Assembly: GCA_016748015.1 (NCBI GenBank)
Contig: JAAOMT010000668.1
Span: 9,342-32,083, forward strand
Length of the DNA stretch: 22,742 bases
Direction of reading: 5' to 3'
DNA from: Geosiphon pyriformis uo1
Lineage: Eukaryota > Fungi > Glomeromycota
The notes beneath the pieces were generated by a model. That model was not told the origin of the DNA. It saw nothing but the letters and a program-made list of their open reading frames with translations, and searched no databases. Below are positions 1 through 10,700 of this stretch, one piece after another. Every line of letters starts with the position of its first letter. The first letter of the stretch is position 1. The translations under genes and the position numbers were made by a program.

Positions 1-63
1 ATTTATATTTAAAAAACAGTTTAAATAATAATAATTATTAATTTATTTTAAAATCTTGTATAT

Positions 64-71
64 ATATCTAA
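64..71 (+). repeat. Candidate target-site duplication of copy A (ATATCTAA; partner at 2347-2354)
   Basis: The same 8-mer lies right before the start of homology with copy B and right after the A-tail. Short and AT-rich, so chance is possible. Confidence 0.5.
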
Positions 72-2346
72 AAAAACTCTTTGTCTCCTTAATTTTATGA
101 CCATGACCAGAGCAAAGAGTAAAAAAACTGCATTTAATATCTTTCCTGAGATATCTAATAAGATTTCAACCAGAGAAGTTCTCTCTATTATAGAAGCAAT
201 TAGGCAAAACATTTTAGAAGTTTTTTTTTTATCTAGTAATTATAAAAAGCTGTCTTTGGTAGTCACTGAAGCAACTTTTTCATTTTTGGCTGGTTTTTTA
301 CTAGTTAAAATTCCCTTAAAGAGACACATTTGGATTAGTTCTAGTGTTGTTTCTATTCCTTTAAAAAGCTTAAAAATTTTTAATAACAGATCAGTTAACA
401 AGCTGGTTTTCTCTTTTATAACTTCAACACTAGGCGCTGTTAGCACTTTTTCTTTAAAAAAATTGGTTAAAAAGACCAAAAGTTCAGAAAAGTGAAAGCA
501 GTCATTTGTTTCTACTATTATTATGTCAAACTCTTTTGTGGTTTTATCTGAGATCTTAGGTAAGATCTCTATAGCATTATTTGACACATTATTTAAAATA
601 GGCCAAGATTAATCACTGGCTGTTTTGTTAAATGTGGTGTTCTCTGGCAGATTATTGCCAGTTTTGGAAACAAAACAATCATTTTTTGTAATGTTACCTG
701 TTCTTGAAAACTGGACTAACCAAATAAAAACTAAATTATCTTCTTCTTTGATTTCTGATACTGTTACTGATAGTGCTTGAGAAACTATTACTAATTGTCA
801 AAGATTTGCTGGGTGGATGGCCTCCATTCTGGTGTCTGGTACTACTTTCAAGATTAAATTGGCTTATGTTAAAACTGTTTTTCAGTTTGTATATGGTTTT
901 TTAGGTGCAAAGTCAGTTGCAAAAGACAATGTGAAGCTTTTCTGTGTGAAATTTACTTCCTAAATCTCTTTGGATGCTGTATTTTTGGTCGAGTTAACAA
1001 GCTTTGTTTGCTTTGTTACTATTAAAATTGTCAAGTTTTTGGTGATTTCTGAATCTGGCTCTCTTTCTGCTAATATTATACTGTGTAATGTGCCTTTGAA
1101 TGTGTCTGCTGCTGATATTAAGACAGCTTTCAATGTTTTTGGTGTGGTTACTTATGTTACACTAAAGTTTACTGGCATTTGGCAATATGTAATGGTTATT
1201 TTGAGAAGTTGAACTTTGCTGTGTCTGCTTTAAATTAATAATTAGTCTTAGTGGGCAAAGATAGTGTTAGAATCTTTCTCTTGGTAAATCAAAATAAGAC
1301 TATTTTGTCTCATAATAGGTTTAAAACCAAGTTGGTTAATCTTTTTTCTGGCTGTACAGCTTTTGAAATTAGTGTTATGATTTCTCAAGTTAATAATCAG
1401 ATGTGTTTTATTTCTTATTTTCTTGAGTCTGGTTATTGTTTCCAGTTTGCTTTGGTTATATTTAGTTCCCAAGCTAATTTGAATTCTGTTGTTGTTAAAA
1501 TTGGTACACTGAGAAAATGCTGTATTTGGTGAGAAACTTCTGGTTGTTAATGTTGTTTTAAGTATCAAAAATTAAGCCATTTGACTACAGATTTTAAGAT
1601 TTTTCTACCTCCTCCTCCTAAGTCTTTTAAGATGTTTACACCATATTTTGTTGGTTTTAAGTTTTATCTCAAGATTTCTGCTTTTTTGAGCTCTTCTGGA
1701 TTTTCACTTTTGTCATCTTCTGCTTTTTTTTTAATTGTTGTTGGTAATACTGTCTCAATTGTTTTCTTTGGAATCTAATTTAATTAAGCTTTCTGCTTTG
1801 GTTAAGTCTATTGTTAAACCAGTTGGTTCTTTGGTCAAATTGTTTAAGCAATTTATTAATAGGGATTTGGTCTTAAGCAGTAAACTTGGTCTTAAAGTTA
1901 ATAAGATTATAGTACATATGGGTTTTTTTAGTAAAATTATTGGTAAGTTGGAAAAAAAAGTGGTTTCTTTAAAAAAAAAGTGTTGTATAGAAAATATTGA
2001 TATGTCTGATAATTCAAAGCACTTGGTTAGTTTGGATAATAAAGTGTTTATTAACTTGATGTCCTTTTGGGAACATGAATCTATTGATGTTAAAGTTAAT
2101 GTCTTGAAGACAGCTGAATGGCTGGTTGGATTGGTTTTTTGCAGTGCTACTTTGTTTTTTGTTATTTAAAAGATATTATCTTTGGGTAAGTTTTTTTTAA
2201 GTGCTTCAATGTAATATAGCTTAAACTAACTCGAATAGCTGATTACATGTAAAAAGCATATAAGTCATATTTAATTTAAGACTTTACATAGTCATATTGT
2301 ATTAGATAGTGATTAAGTCTTGTTTGTTAAACATTAATAAAAAAAA
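72..2346 (+). mobile_element. ORF1-only non-autonomous non-LTR retrotransposon (half-LINE/HAL1-like), copy A, decayed
   Basis: A single decayed ORF1-like frame (97-2214) is followed immediately by the 3' terminus shared with the LINEs, AATAAA (2336-2341) and an A-run. ATATCTAA occurs at both boundaries. No EN or RT motifs, and no room for them. A second copy starts at ~5521. Confidence 0.8.
97..2214 (+). pseudogene. LINE ORF1-like nucleic-acid-binding protein (RRM-like modules + degenerate CCHC knuckle), ~700 codons, many stops and at least two frameshifts
   Basis: ORF pieces 97-495, 970-1212, 1251-1532, 1581-1778 and 1735-2169 are collinear with LINE ORF1. Matches: KTVFQFVYGFLGA ~ KKIFYKIDGFGGA; GIWQ ~ GLWQ; VLVGKDSVRI ~ VLMGKDLVRV; CFKYQKLSHLTTDF ~ CAHCKQFGHVSVNC. 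The last frame continues past TAA 2167-2169 to TAA 2212-2214. Confidence 0.8.
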
Positions 2347-2347
2347 A
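2212..2347 (+). other. Conserved retroelement 3' terminus (putative structured RNA + AATAAA + A-tail), copy A
   Basis: TAATATAGC...GAATAGCTGATTACATGTAAAAAGCATATAAGTCATATTTAA...TAGATAGTGATTAAG...TTAATAAAAAA aligns with 22196-22339, 7469-7580 and the reverse complement of 7581-7716. Confidence 0.8.
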
Positions 2348-2424
2348 TATCTAACTAAATTATTGTTTACAATAATTATAATACCAAATTTTAAATAACT
2401 AAAANNNNNNNNNNNNNNNNNNNN

Positions 2425-2959
2425 ATATTAAATATATAAAACAATAAGAATGTTATTTTAACAAAACAAAAATAATTTAATGAATATTGCACAATACAAT
2501 AATTATTAAAGAAACAATTATATTATATAGGCATACGGCAGGGTTATAATTTAACAATAGCGGGTTTGTTACCTAAATACTGATAAATCAAAGATCTGAA
2601 ACGTCATTGACACGAACCAAACATATATTAGGCCCATATCTTCCCAAACCATAACAAACACGCAAAACACCATGGCTAGTGTCGACAGAATCGAACGTCA
2701 ATTAGAGGTGGCTACGACCGAGTATAGAAGATGCGTGGAGAAGCTAGAGAAGTTTATGGAGGGTGAGAAGGAAAATAGATTAGAAGAGTTGAAGAAGAAT
2801 CTGAGAGAGAAAGAGGATGTGGACGAAAACCAAAGGAAGAAGTGGACAGAAGAAAAGGAAGATCTGGAAAAGCAAGAAAAAAAGCTGGAGATAGAGAAAG
2901 ACGAGTGGAAGGAGGAGTTGCTAAAATGGGCAGAAAAACTACGTACAGCAACAGATGAT
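2425..2959 (+). repeat. Duplicate (allele or paralog) of 3961-4495
   Basis: Constant offset of 1536 bp. The 247 bp upstream of the ATG look identical by eye. I count 17 substitutions in the coding part. Confidence 0.95.
2672..2959 (+). CDS. Glu/Lys-rich coiled-coil protein, first exon, variant 1 (truncated by adapter sequence)
   Basis: Strong Kozak context ACCATGG, charged helical sequence, CpGs retained. The terminal RCV* of the ORF track comes from the Nextera adapter. Confidence 0.65.
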
Positions 2960-2978
2960 AGATGTGTATAAGAGACAG
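2960..2978 (+). other. Nextera/Tn5 19-bp mosaic end (library adapter, artefact)
   Basis: Exact AGATGTGTATAAGAGACAG located at the breakpoint of two duplicated segments. Confidence 0.98.
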
Positions 2979-3788
2979 ATTATATACTAGATGTTAATTA
3001 GTAATTTAAAAAAAATTAGAATATATTAAATTGATTTTATCTTAATTTTTTTTAAAATTAATTTATATTAGATTTACTTTTTTTAATCTTATCTGTTTTT
3101 ATATATAGCTATTTAGTTCTTATTATATTTTAATTTAAACTTACTAAAACAAAATTTAATAATAATATTATAAACATATTTTCTAACAGACTTGTTAAAT
3201 TATTATAATATTAGAATTTTTATTTAAAAAACAAAAAAAATAGTAGTTAATAATGTTTTTTATAAAAAAAATTATCAATATTATAAAAATTACTATAATA
3301 TAAAACATAATAATATTATAATTTATTTTAATTATAAATATTCAAAACTTTATATTTCTTATTTAACTGTTTCCAAAATAATTAAAAAACATATAAAGTA
3401 ATTAAATATTAAAATTAATATAATTTCAGAAAAATTTATTTAACACAAAAGCATTAAATTTCTATTATTAGACTAAATTTTAAGTTATTAAATAAAATAA
3501 ATAATTGTAACTACTATAAAATTCAATGATTAACTAATTAAAAAAAAATTTTGTTAAACTTTTTAGTATACATAAAAATAAAATTCAATTTTTAAATAAA
3601 TGGGTTAAAAATTCAAAAAATGAAAACATTTATGTATTTACTAATTTTATAATAAAACAAAAAGTATATTAACTGAAATTTATCAGATAAATAAAAAAAA
3701 TTAAAAATCATTATATCTAAATTTAATCTTGCTAATATATATAATATTAATAAAGAATTATTTTTTTATATAAAACCAAATTAAATAT
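2979..3788 (+). repeat. AT-rich segment duplicating 5195-5452 and spanning the 5303-5322 gap
   Basis: 2979-~3087 matches 5195-5302. 3662-3788 matches 5323-5452 with a few SNPs/indels. Bounded exactly by the two adapters. Confidence 0.9.
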
Positions 3789-3807
3789 CTGTCTCTTATA
3801 CACATCT
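3789..3807 (-). other. Nextera/Tn5 19-bp mosaic end (library adapter, artefact)
   Basis: Exact CTGTCTCTTATACACATCT. Confidence 0.98.
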
Positions 3808-4207
3808 TATATAAACTTTTATTTCATAAGTTTAAAATTAATATAAAGTTACATATATATATACAAATTAATAATAAAAACATTTAATACTGGTTTAATT
3901 TTTTCCAATTTTAAAACTTACCATTATTTTATTTTAAAATTATGAACCGAATTTTATTCAATATTAAATATATAAAACAATAAGAATGTTATTTTAACAA
4001 AACAAAAATAATTTAATGAATATTGCACAATACAATAATTATTAAAGAAACAATTATATTATATAGGCATACGGCAGGGTTATAATTTAACAATAGCGGG
4101 TTTGTTACCTAAATACTGATAAATCAAAGATCTGAAACGTCATTGACACGAACCAAACATATATTAGGCCCATATCTTCCCAAACCATAACAAACACGCA
4201 AAACACC

Positions 4208-4499
4208 ATGGCTAGTGTCGACAGAGTCGAACGTGAATTAGGAGACGCTAAGACCGAGTATAGGAGATGCGTGGAGGAGCTGAAGGAGTTTAGGAAGGGT
4301 GAGAAGGGAGATAGATTAGAAGAGTTGAAGAAGAATCTGAGAGAGAAAGAGGATGTGGACGAAAACCAAAGGAAGAAGTGGACAGAAGAAAAGGAAGATC
4401 TGGAAAAGCAAGAAAAAAAGCTGGAGATAGAGAAGGACGAGTGGAAGGAGGAGTTGCTAAAATGGGCAGAAAAACTACGTACAGCAACAGATGATACAG
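4208..4499 (+). CDS. Glu/Lys-rich coiled-coil protein, first exon, variant 2 (rest of gene probably lost in gap 4532-4551)
   Basis: Kozak ACCATGG. 97 codons of purine-rich coding sequence end at CAG|GTAACG (donor-like GT at 4500-4501), followed by T-rich intron-like sequence and an N gap. Confidence 0.7.
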
Positions 4500-6424
4500 G
4501 TAACGACTTTGTAATGGTTTTCTTTTATTATNNNNNNNNNNNNNNNNNNNNAAATGTTATATTGAAAAGTTTGAAATATTTTAAAAGTTTATCATAATAT
4601 TCAATAATTTATTAAATTTACTCTTAAAGTAAATATTTTTTGCTTAAAAATATTAATCAACAAAGCAAATTTTTTTTGAAATTATATTATAATTAATAAC
4701 TCATAAAAAATTAATTAGTTTATTTTTATTTTAAATTTGACAAAAATTTTTTAATACAATTATTAAAAGTATAAATTGCTATTTTTTTTGTATACATATT
4801 ATTTTGTTTAGCAACTTTTTTTTAAAAATTGACAACAGTAAACAGTTTTAATTAATAAAAAAAATTTAAAAAATCAAAATAAGCTTAAAATAAGATATTT
4901 TGATTTTAAAATAAAATAAAAAATAAAAAATAAAACTAATAAAATTAATAAAACTAAAATTAATATTAAAGACATAATAGAATATTATATTAAAAAAACC
5001 AGTTTTAATTTAAATACAATTAGATTTCCATAAAAAAACTTTTAATAAAAAAATAATTTCTTACAAAAAACATTTTTTTATAGAACCAATTGATTAATTA
5101 ACAATTTTTTTTTATATAAAAATAATTTATAAAGTAACAAAAACATAATTTTATTAAATATTTATTTAAAATTTACTTTTATATAAGAACAAATATTATA
5201 TACTAGATGTTAATTAGTAATTTAAAAAAAATTAGAATATATTAAATTGATTTTATCTTAATTTTTTTTAAAATTAATTTATATTAGATTTACTTTTTTT
5301 AANNNNNNNNNNNNNNNNNNNNAAGTATATTAACTGAAATTTATCAGAAAAATAAAAAAAATTAAAAACCATTATATCTGAATTTAATCTTGTTAATATA
5401 TATAATATTAATAAAACAGAATTATTTTTTTATATAAAACCAAATTAAATATTTGCAAAATATTGAAATACCAAAAAAAAATTAGTATATTATATTTACT
5501 AATTATTATTATTATATATTAAAAACTCTTTGTTTTTTTAATTTTATAATTATAATTAGAGCAAAGAATAAAAAAATTGCACCAGATATCTTTCCTAAGA
5601 TATCTAACAAGATTTTTATTAAAAAAGCTCTCTTTGTTGTAAAAACAACCAGACAAAATGTTTTAAAAGTCTTTTTTTTATCTAGTAATTGTGAAAAACT
5701 GCCTTTGGTAGCTACTAAAGCAACTTCCTTATTTTTGGCTAGTTTTTTACCAATCAAAGTTCCTTCAAAAAGACATATTTAAATTAGTTTTAGTTTTACT
5801 TCCACTCCAACTAAAAGCCTAAAAGTTTTTAATAATAAAACAGTAAACAAGCTGGTTTTTCTTTTTATAGCTTCAACATCTGGTACTGTTAGTACCACTT
5901 CTTTAAAAAAAATGGTCAAAAAAACCAAAAGTTCAGAAAAGTGGAAGTAGTTACTTGTCTTTGCTATTGTTACACCAAATCTCTTTGTAATTTTTAATAA
6001 AATCTTAGATAAAATTTTTATAGCATTATTTAACATGTTATCCAAGATAGGCCAAGATCAATCACTGGCTGTATTGCCAAATGTGTTATCTTTTGGCAGA
6101 TTATTACCAGTTTTGAAAGCAAAACAATCTTCTTTTGTAATGTCATCTGTTTTTGAAAACTGAATTAACCAAATAGAAACTGAATTATCTCTTTCTTTGG
6201 TTTCTGGTGCTGCTACTGATAGCGCTTAGAAAACTATTATTAATCATTAAAAATTTGCTGAATGAGTAATATTACCAGTAAAATTTTAGCTATTAATTAG
6301 CATGAAATTACTCTTATAATTCTTATTATTAATTAGTATATATTATTATCATGTTAATCATCATTATTATTTAATCAATTATCAAATATAATTATTTAAT
6401 TAATAATTCAATTTGTACTATAGA

Positions 6425-6999
6425 NNNNNNNNNNNNNNNNNNNNNNNNNNNNNNNNNNNNNNNNNNNNNNNNNNNNNNNNNNNNNNNNNNNNNNNNNNNN
6501 NNNNNNNNNNNNNNNNNNNNNNNNNNNNNNNNNNNNNNNNNNNNNNNNNNNNNNNNNNNNNNNNNNNNNNNNNNNNNNNNNNNNNNNNNNNNNNNNNNNN
6601 NNNNNNNNNNNNNNNNNNNNNNNNNNNNNNNNNNNNNNNNNNNNNNNNNNNNNNNNNNNNNNNNNNNNNNNNNNNNNNNNNNNNNNNNNNNNNNNNNNNN
6701 NNNNNNNNNNNNNNNNNNNNNNNNNNNNNNNNNNNNNNNNNNNNNNNNNNNNNNNNNNNNNNNNNNNNNNNNNNNNNNNNNNNNNNNNNNNNNNNNNNNN
6801 NNNNNNNNNNNNNNNNNNNNNNNNNNNNNNNNNNNNNNNNNNNNNNNNNNNNNNNNNNNNNNNNNNNNNNNNNNNNNNNNNNNNNNNNNNNNNNNNNNNN
6901 NNNNNNNNNNNNNNNNNNNNNNNNNNNNNNNNNNNNNNNNNNNNNNNNNNNNNNNNNNNNNNNNNNNNNNNNNNNNNNNNNNNNNNNNNNNNNNNNNNN
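6425..6999. other. Assembly gap (20-N gaps also at 2405-2424, 4532-4551, 5303-5322)
   Basis: N runs. Confidence 1.
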
Positions 7000-7570
7000 T
7001 CTTTTTGGTTAATTTTTTTAAAATTGAAATTGGAATTGGTCAAGTTTTTTGTTTTGGTTAATTTTATTGTTAAGTTTATTAGTTCTATGGTAAAAGTGTT
7101 TGAACAATTTGTTAATAAAGACTTGGTTTCAAGTAGTGTTCTTGGTCTTAAAGTCAATAAAGTTTTGGTACACATAAATTTTTTTAGTAAAGCTATTAGT
7201 AAGCTAAAACATGAAATGATTGTTTTAAAAACTAAATGTAACTATAAAAATATTAATATGTTTGGCTCTTATGTAGATTTGTTTTCTATTAATAATAATA
7301 TGTTTTCTAATTTAATGTCACTTTGGAAACATAAATCTGTTATTATTAAGACTGATGTCTTTAAAACAGCTGAATAGTTAGTTAGATTAATTAATAATAG
7401 TGCTACATTATTTGAAATTGTTTAGAGAATGTCTTCTTTAAATAAGTTTATTTTCTAGAGCATCAACATAGTATAGCCTGAACTAACTTAAGTAGCTGAT
7501 TATATATAGAAAATATATGAACTATATTTAATACTGGAATACTTAGTTTTTTTCTAATTTTTAGATAGTG

Positions 7571-7580
7571 GTTGGGACTT
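7571..7580 (+). repeat. Target-site duplication of the - strand LINE (GTTGGGACTT; partner GTTGGGCCTT at 14410-14419)
   Basis: 9/10 identity. One copy abuts the poly(T) tail and the other abuts the LINE 5' end. The host element's 3' end resumes after the second copy. Confidence 0.85.
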
Positions 7581-7713
7581 TTTTTTTTTATTAAGCATTT
7601 TACAAGTGTAGCCCAACCACTACCTAAACAATAGCAATATACAAAATTTTATATTAAGCATGACTCATGCGCTTTCTACATATGACTAGCTATTCGGACC
7701 AATTAAGACAACA

Positions 7714-10700
7714 CTAGATACTTAAAGCACTAATAACAGAAAAGTCTCCTAAAAAACTGAAATGTGTGCTGAACAGATGAGAATGTAAATTATAGCATAT
7801 GTAAATACCTAGTCTGATACCAAAATTAAAGATTACTTTGGGAGACTACAAAGAGACCAAACCAGATACTACTGGTATTGCAGACTTATCATGTGACAAA
7901 AGATCACATTTCTCATAAAGCACTCTCAACTTGGCAGTTGGCAGCCACATAGCAGATCTATAACCCTTAGTGAAGTCATAGACTAAGCCGATGACCAGAG
8001 ATTTACTGTTAGAGCCACCACCCAGCAGATATGACATATCAGCCACCCAATTTTTCAAAACAAATCCCTTGGCTAAAGACATATATAAACTATCTGACAA
8101 TTCAGCCTTTTGTAGAAAATAAATCACCACACTGTTAGTAAAAAAAACACCAAGCTCAATAATCCAACTGTTAATTGTCTTTAAAATCAACTTACTTCTA
8201 GTACTAATATCTTGAATGCAAGAAAACATGTAATTGGAATCTTCAACCAACCCACATCAAATACACAGTATGCTTGGATAATTCGAATTATAAAGCCTCT
8301 TTTTTTTTGTTATTGGAAAACAGTTGTGAATGGCCTTTATGAAGTAAGATTAAATAGACACAGAAGAATGGCTGGTGAAGTCTGATTGAAATCAACTGTC
8401 ATGATGCTATACACTAAACATTCATTGCACATCAATCACATTATGTATTGTACTATCTACAGCATAATTTACACATTTGGCTTCCCAACTGACAAAACTA
8501 ACAGCATTAAAAAGACACCTAACAAAATAGTGGGCATTCCCAGAGACAAATTTCCCTTCAACAGACAAAAAATGGCAGGACATCCCAATAAGTAGCACAA
8601 TGATAGAGTCAGTGACAGCATTGGCCAATAAATCAGCACACTTATTGCCATAAACCCCAGAGTGGCTCTTGACTTTATTTCAGACTACTGACAAGTTTTT
8701 TGATGCAATGGTCTGACAAATTCAATTCCTTTCAATCCAACATTTATCATAAAAATCAGGACCAGAAAAATTTTTATAAAATTTACAAGCATCCAAAAAT
8801 GCCTGACTGTCTGTGAAAAAAGTAACCAAAATGAAGACTGGAACACACTCCAAAGCAAGAGTAATAGTGTGTAGTTCAGTCAGTATTAACAAAAGCAAGC
8901 CACTCACCCTAACCCCCATACCATCATCAATATCGGGAAAATAAGCAGCAGCACTACTGTGAGCATCTATAGAACCTAAACTTTTAACTAAGCCATTAGT
9001 ATAAACTACCACATTCCCTGAAGCATTTTCAATAAGACATTTGCTAATAGAACATATACTAACTAGGCAACCACCAGGAGCTGAATCAGATGCTGGGACA
9101 TGACCACCAATCAGATCACCATTTTCAATAAAATCTGTTAACACACAAAACCAACCAGGAGTTGGATCTCTTGGATCCAATTTTTTCCATCTGCAAAAAC
9201 TACTCCATGTAAAGCATATGCTGTGATGATCCAAAAGCTGGTTTGCAAAAATGATGCCAAACTTCTTCAACAAACCAATTATACTCATATACTAATCCGA
9301 ACCCAAAACTTCAACAACAAGTATGCCACTACTAACACGGAACACATTTGGCAAATTGTTGCTTAAGGAGATTTTGCACAGTGCTAGAGTGTTGGTTACA
9401 CCAGCTAAAAAAAAATTCACAGGATCTAATGACAACATGACTGGAAAATTGAGGAGTTGCTGGGGCATCCAACTGATGGCCTGCAGATCTATTGCTCTGT
9501 GTTTGAATAATCTGCCAAGAATGCTTTTCAAATTGGCAAACAGGGCCAAATTAGCCAAAGAGTTTTCAGCTTGCAACTGCCCAAAGGTCTTGAGACCATA
9601 CAATTTGAAATGAAAAATGGCTTCATTGGAGAAATTTCTGGGCAAGTTGGTCTTGAGTTTTAGATTCTTTCTTAATAGCTTATCCCATTTTTTATAAACA
9701 TTCACAGAAGTGTAACTAAACTGCAACTTGTATCCAACAATAGGTTGTAAAACAGCAGACACCAAGTAGAGAAACTGCTTATTAGAGACTGCTTTCCTCA
9801 GGACTAAGTTAACAAAAAATTTCATATCCGATTAAACTTTGGCAAGACTGGGTTTTAAAAGACCATCAATAGATAAAAAAATTCCTAAGTATCAATGAGC
9901 CATGTCTTTCTTAGCAATTAAAATGGCTGAATCACTAATCATTAAATAAGAAACCTCGATCTTGTGATTAATAGGTATAGCCACTGTCTTTTTAGCATTA
10001 ATTGAAATGTTATTGAGATGAAAGAACTTATTAGTTATATTTAAGATATGTTGAGTGGCAGCCATGCTATTCCCAATCCAAATAGTATCATCCACAAATG
10101 CCCTAGCAGCCAAGTATGACATTAAAGCATTCTTATGATTCTGTCTGCCAGTTTATGTAAAAAATTTTAAATCCAGATAGTATTTATACAAACTCTCATA
10201 TCTCTTAACCTTGTATAGCAAAGGATTATAAAAAATTCTCTACAACAAAGATAAAAATATCTTACCCTGATCCAGACTATTATGAACAGTGTATCCATTG
10301 GTTAGCCCAAAATCTGTCATTATCTGATTAACATAATTATTATGTATGCTCTCAAAAAACTTGACAAAATGAGGACACATTTTAATCTTGACCAAGCTGT
10401 TCTTTAAGTGAAACCACCCAACTGAGTCATAAGCTTTATGTATATCCTGAAAAATAAGTCATAGTTCGTGGTTTTTCTCCAAAGCATTCTTAACAACAGA
10501 ACCTACAGCAAAAATTGGGGTTTGAGTAGAAGTGCTCTTTAAAACTGAAAAATTATCTCCACATAGCACATTATAATTACTATAAGCCAAGGAAATCCTA
10601 TTAGACAGAATCTTAGATAAAATCTTCCTGGCAATTTCAACTAATGTTATTGGCCTCATATTGATAAAAACTTCTTTCCAATCATAAGACTTTGGTATTA

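Larger units (their letters stand above)
5521..7580 (+). mobile_element. ORF1-only element copy B (more decayed, gapped; final ~30 bp displaced to 14420-14450 by a LINE insertion)
   Basis: 5521-~6268 is collinear with 72-~820 (ATGACCATGACC vs ATAATTATAATT at 5546). 7000-7471 is homologous to ~1757-2214. The 3' terminus runs 7469-7580. The N gap (6425-6999) and unrelated AT-rich DNA (6270-6424) mean the halves may be different copies. Confidence 0.7.

Noticed and set aside
2960-3807. Tn5-like or MITE transposon with 19-bp terminal inverted repeats
   Set aside because: The repeats are the synthetic Nextera mosaic end in tagmented-fragment orientation. There is no TSD, and the interior duplicates nearby genomic DNA.
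2672-4496. Diversity-generating retroelement (template/variable repeat pair near an RT)
   Set aside because: Differences are not confined to adenines of one copy (A>G and G>A in both directions, plus C/G, T/G and G/C changes), and the RTs are LINE-type.
4552-5194. AT-rich low-complexity DNA with (A)nT runs as a satellite or CRISPR-like array (also 22340-22742)
   Set aside because: No regular repeat unit or repeat-spacer periodicity.
72-7580. Copies A and B as the two LTRs of one large LTR element
   Set aside because: They contain ORF1-like coding sequence and end in AATAAA/A-tails. There are no TG...CA ends, primer-binding site, protease or integrase.
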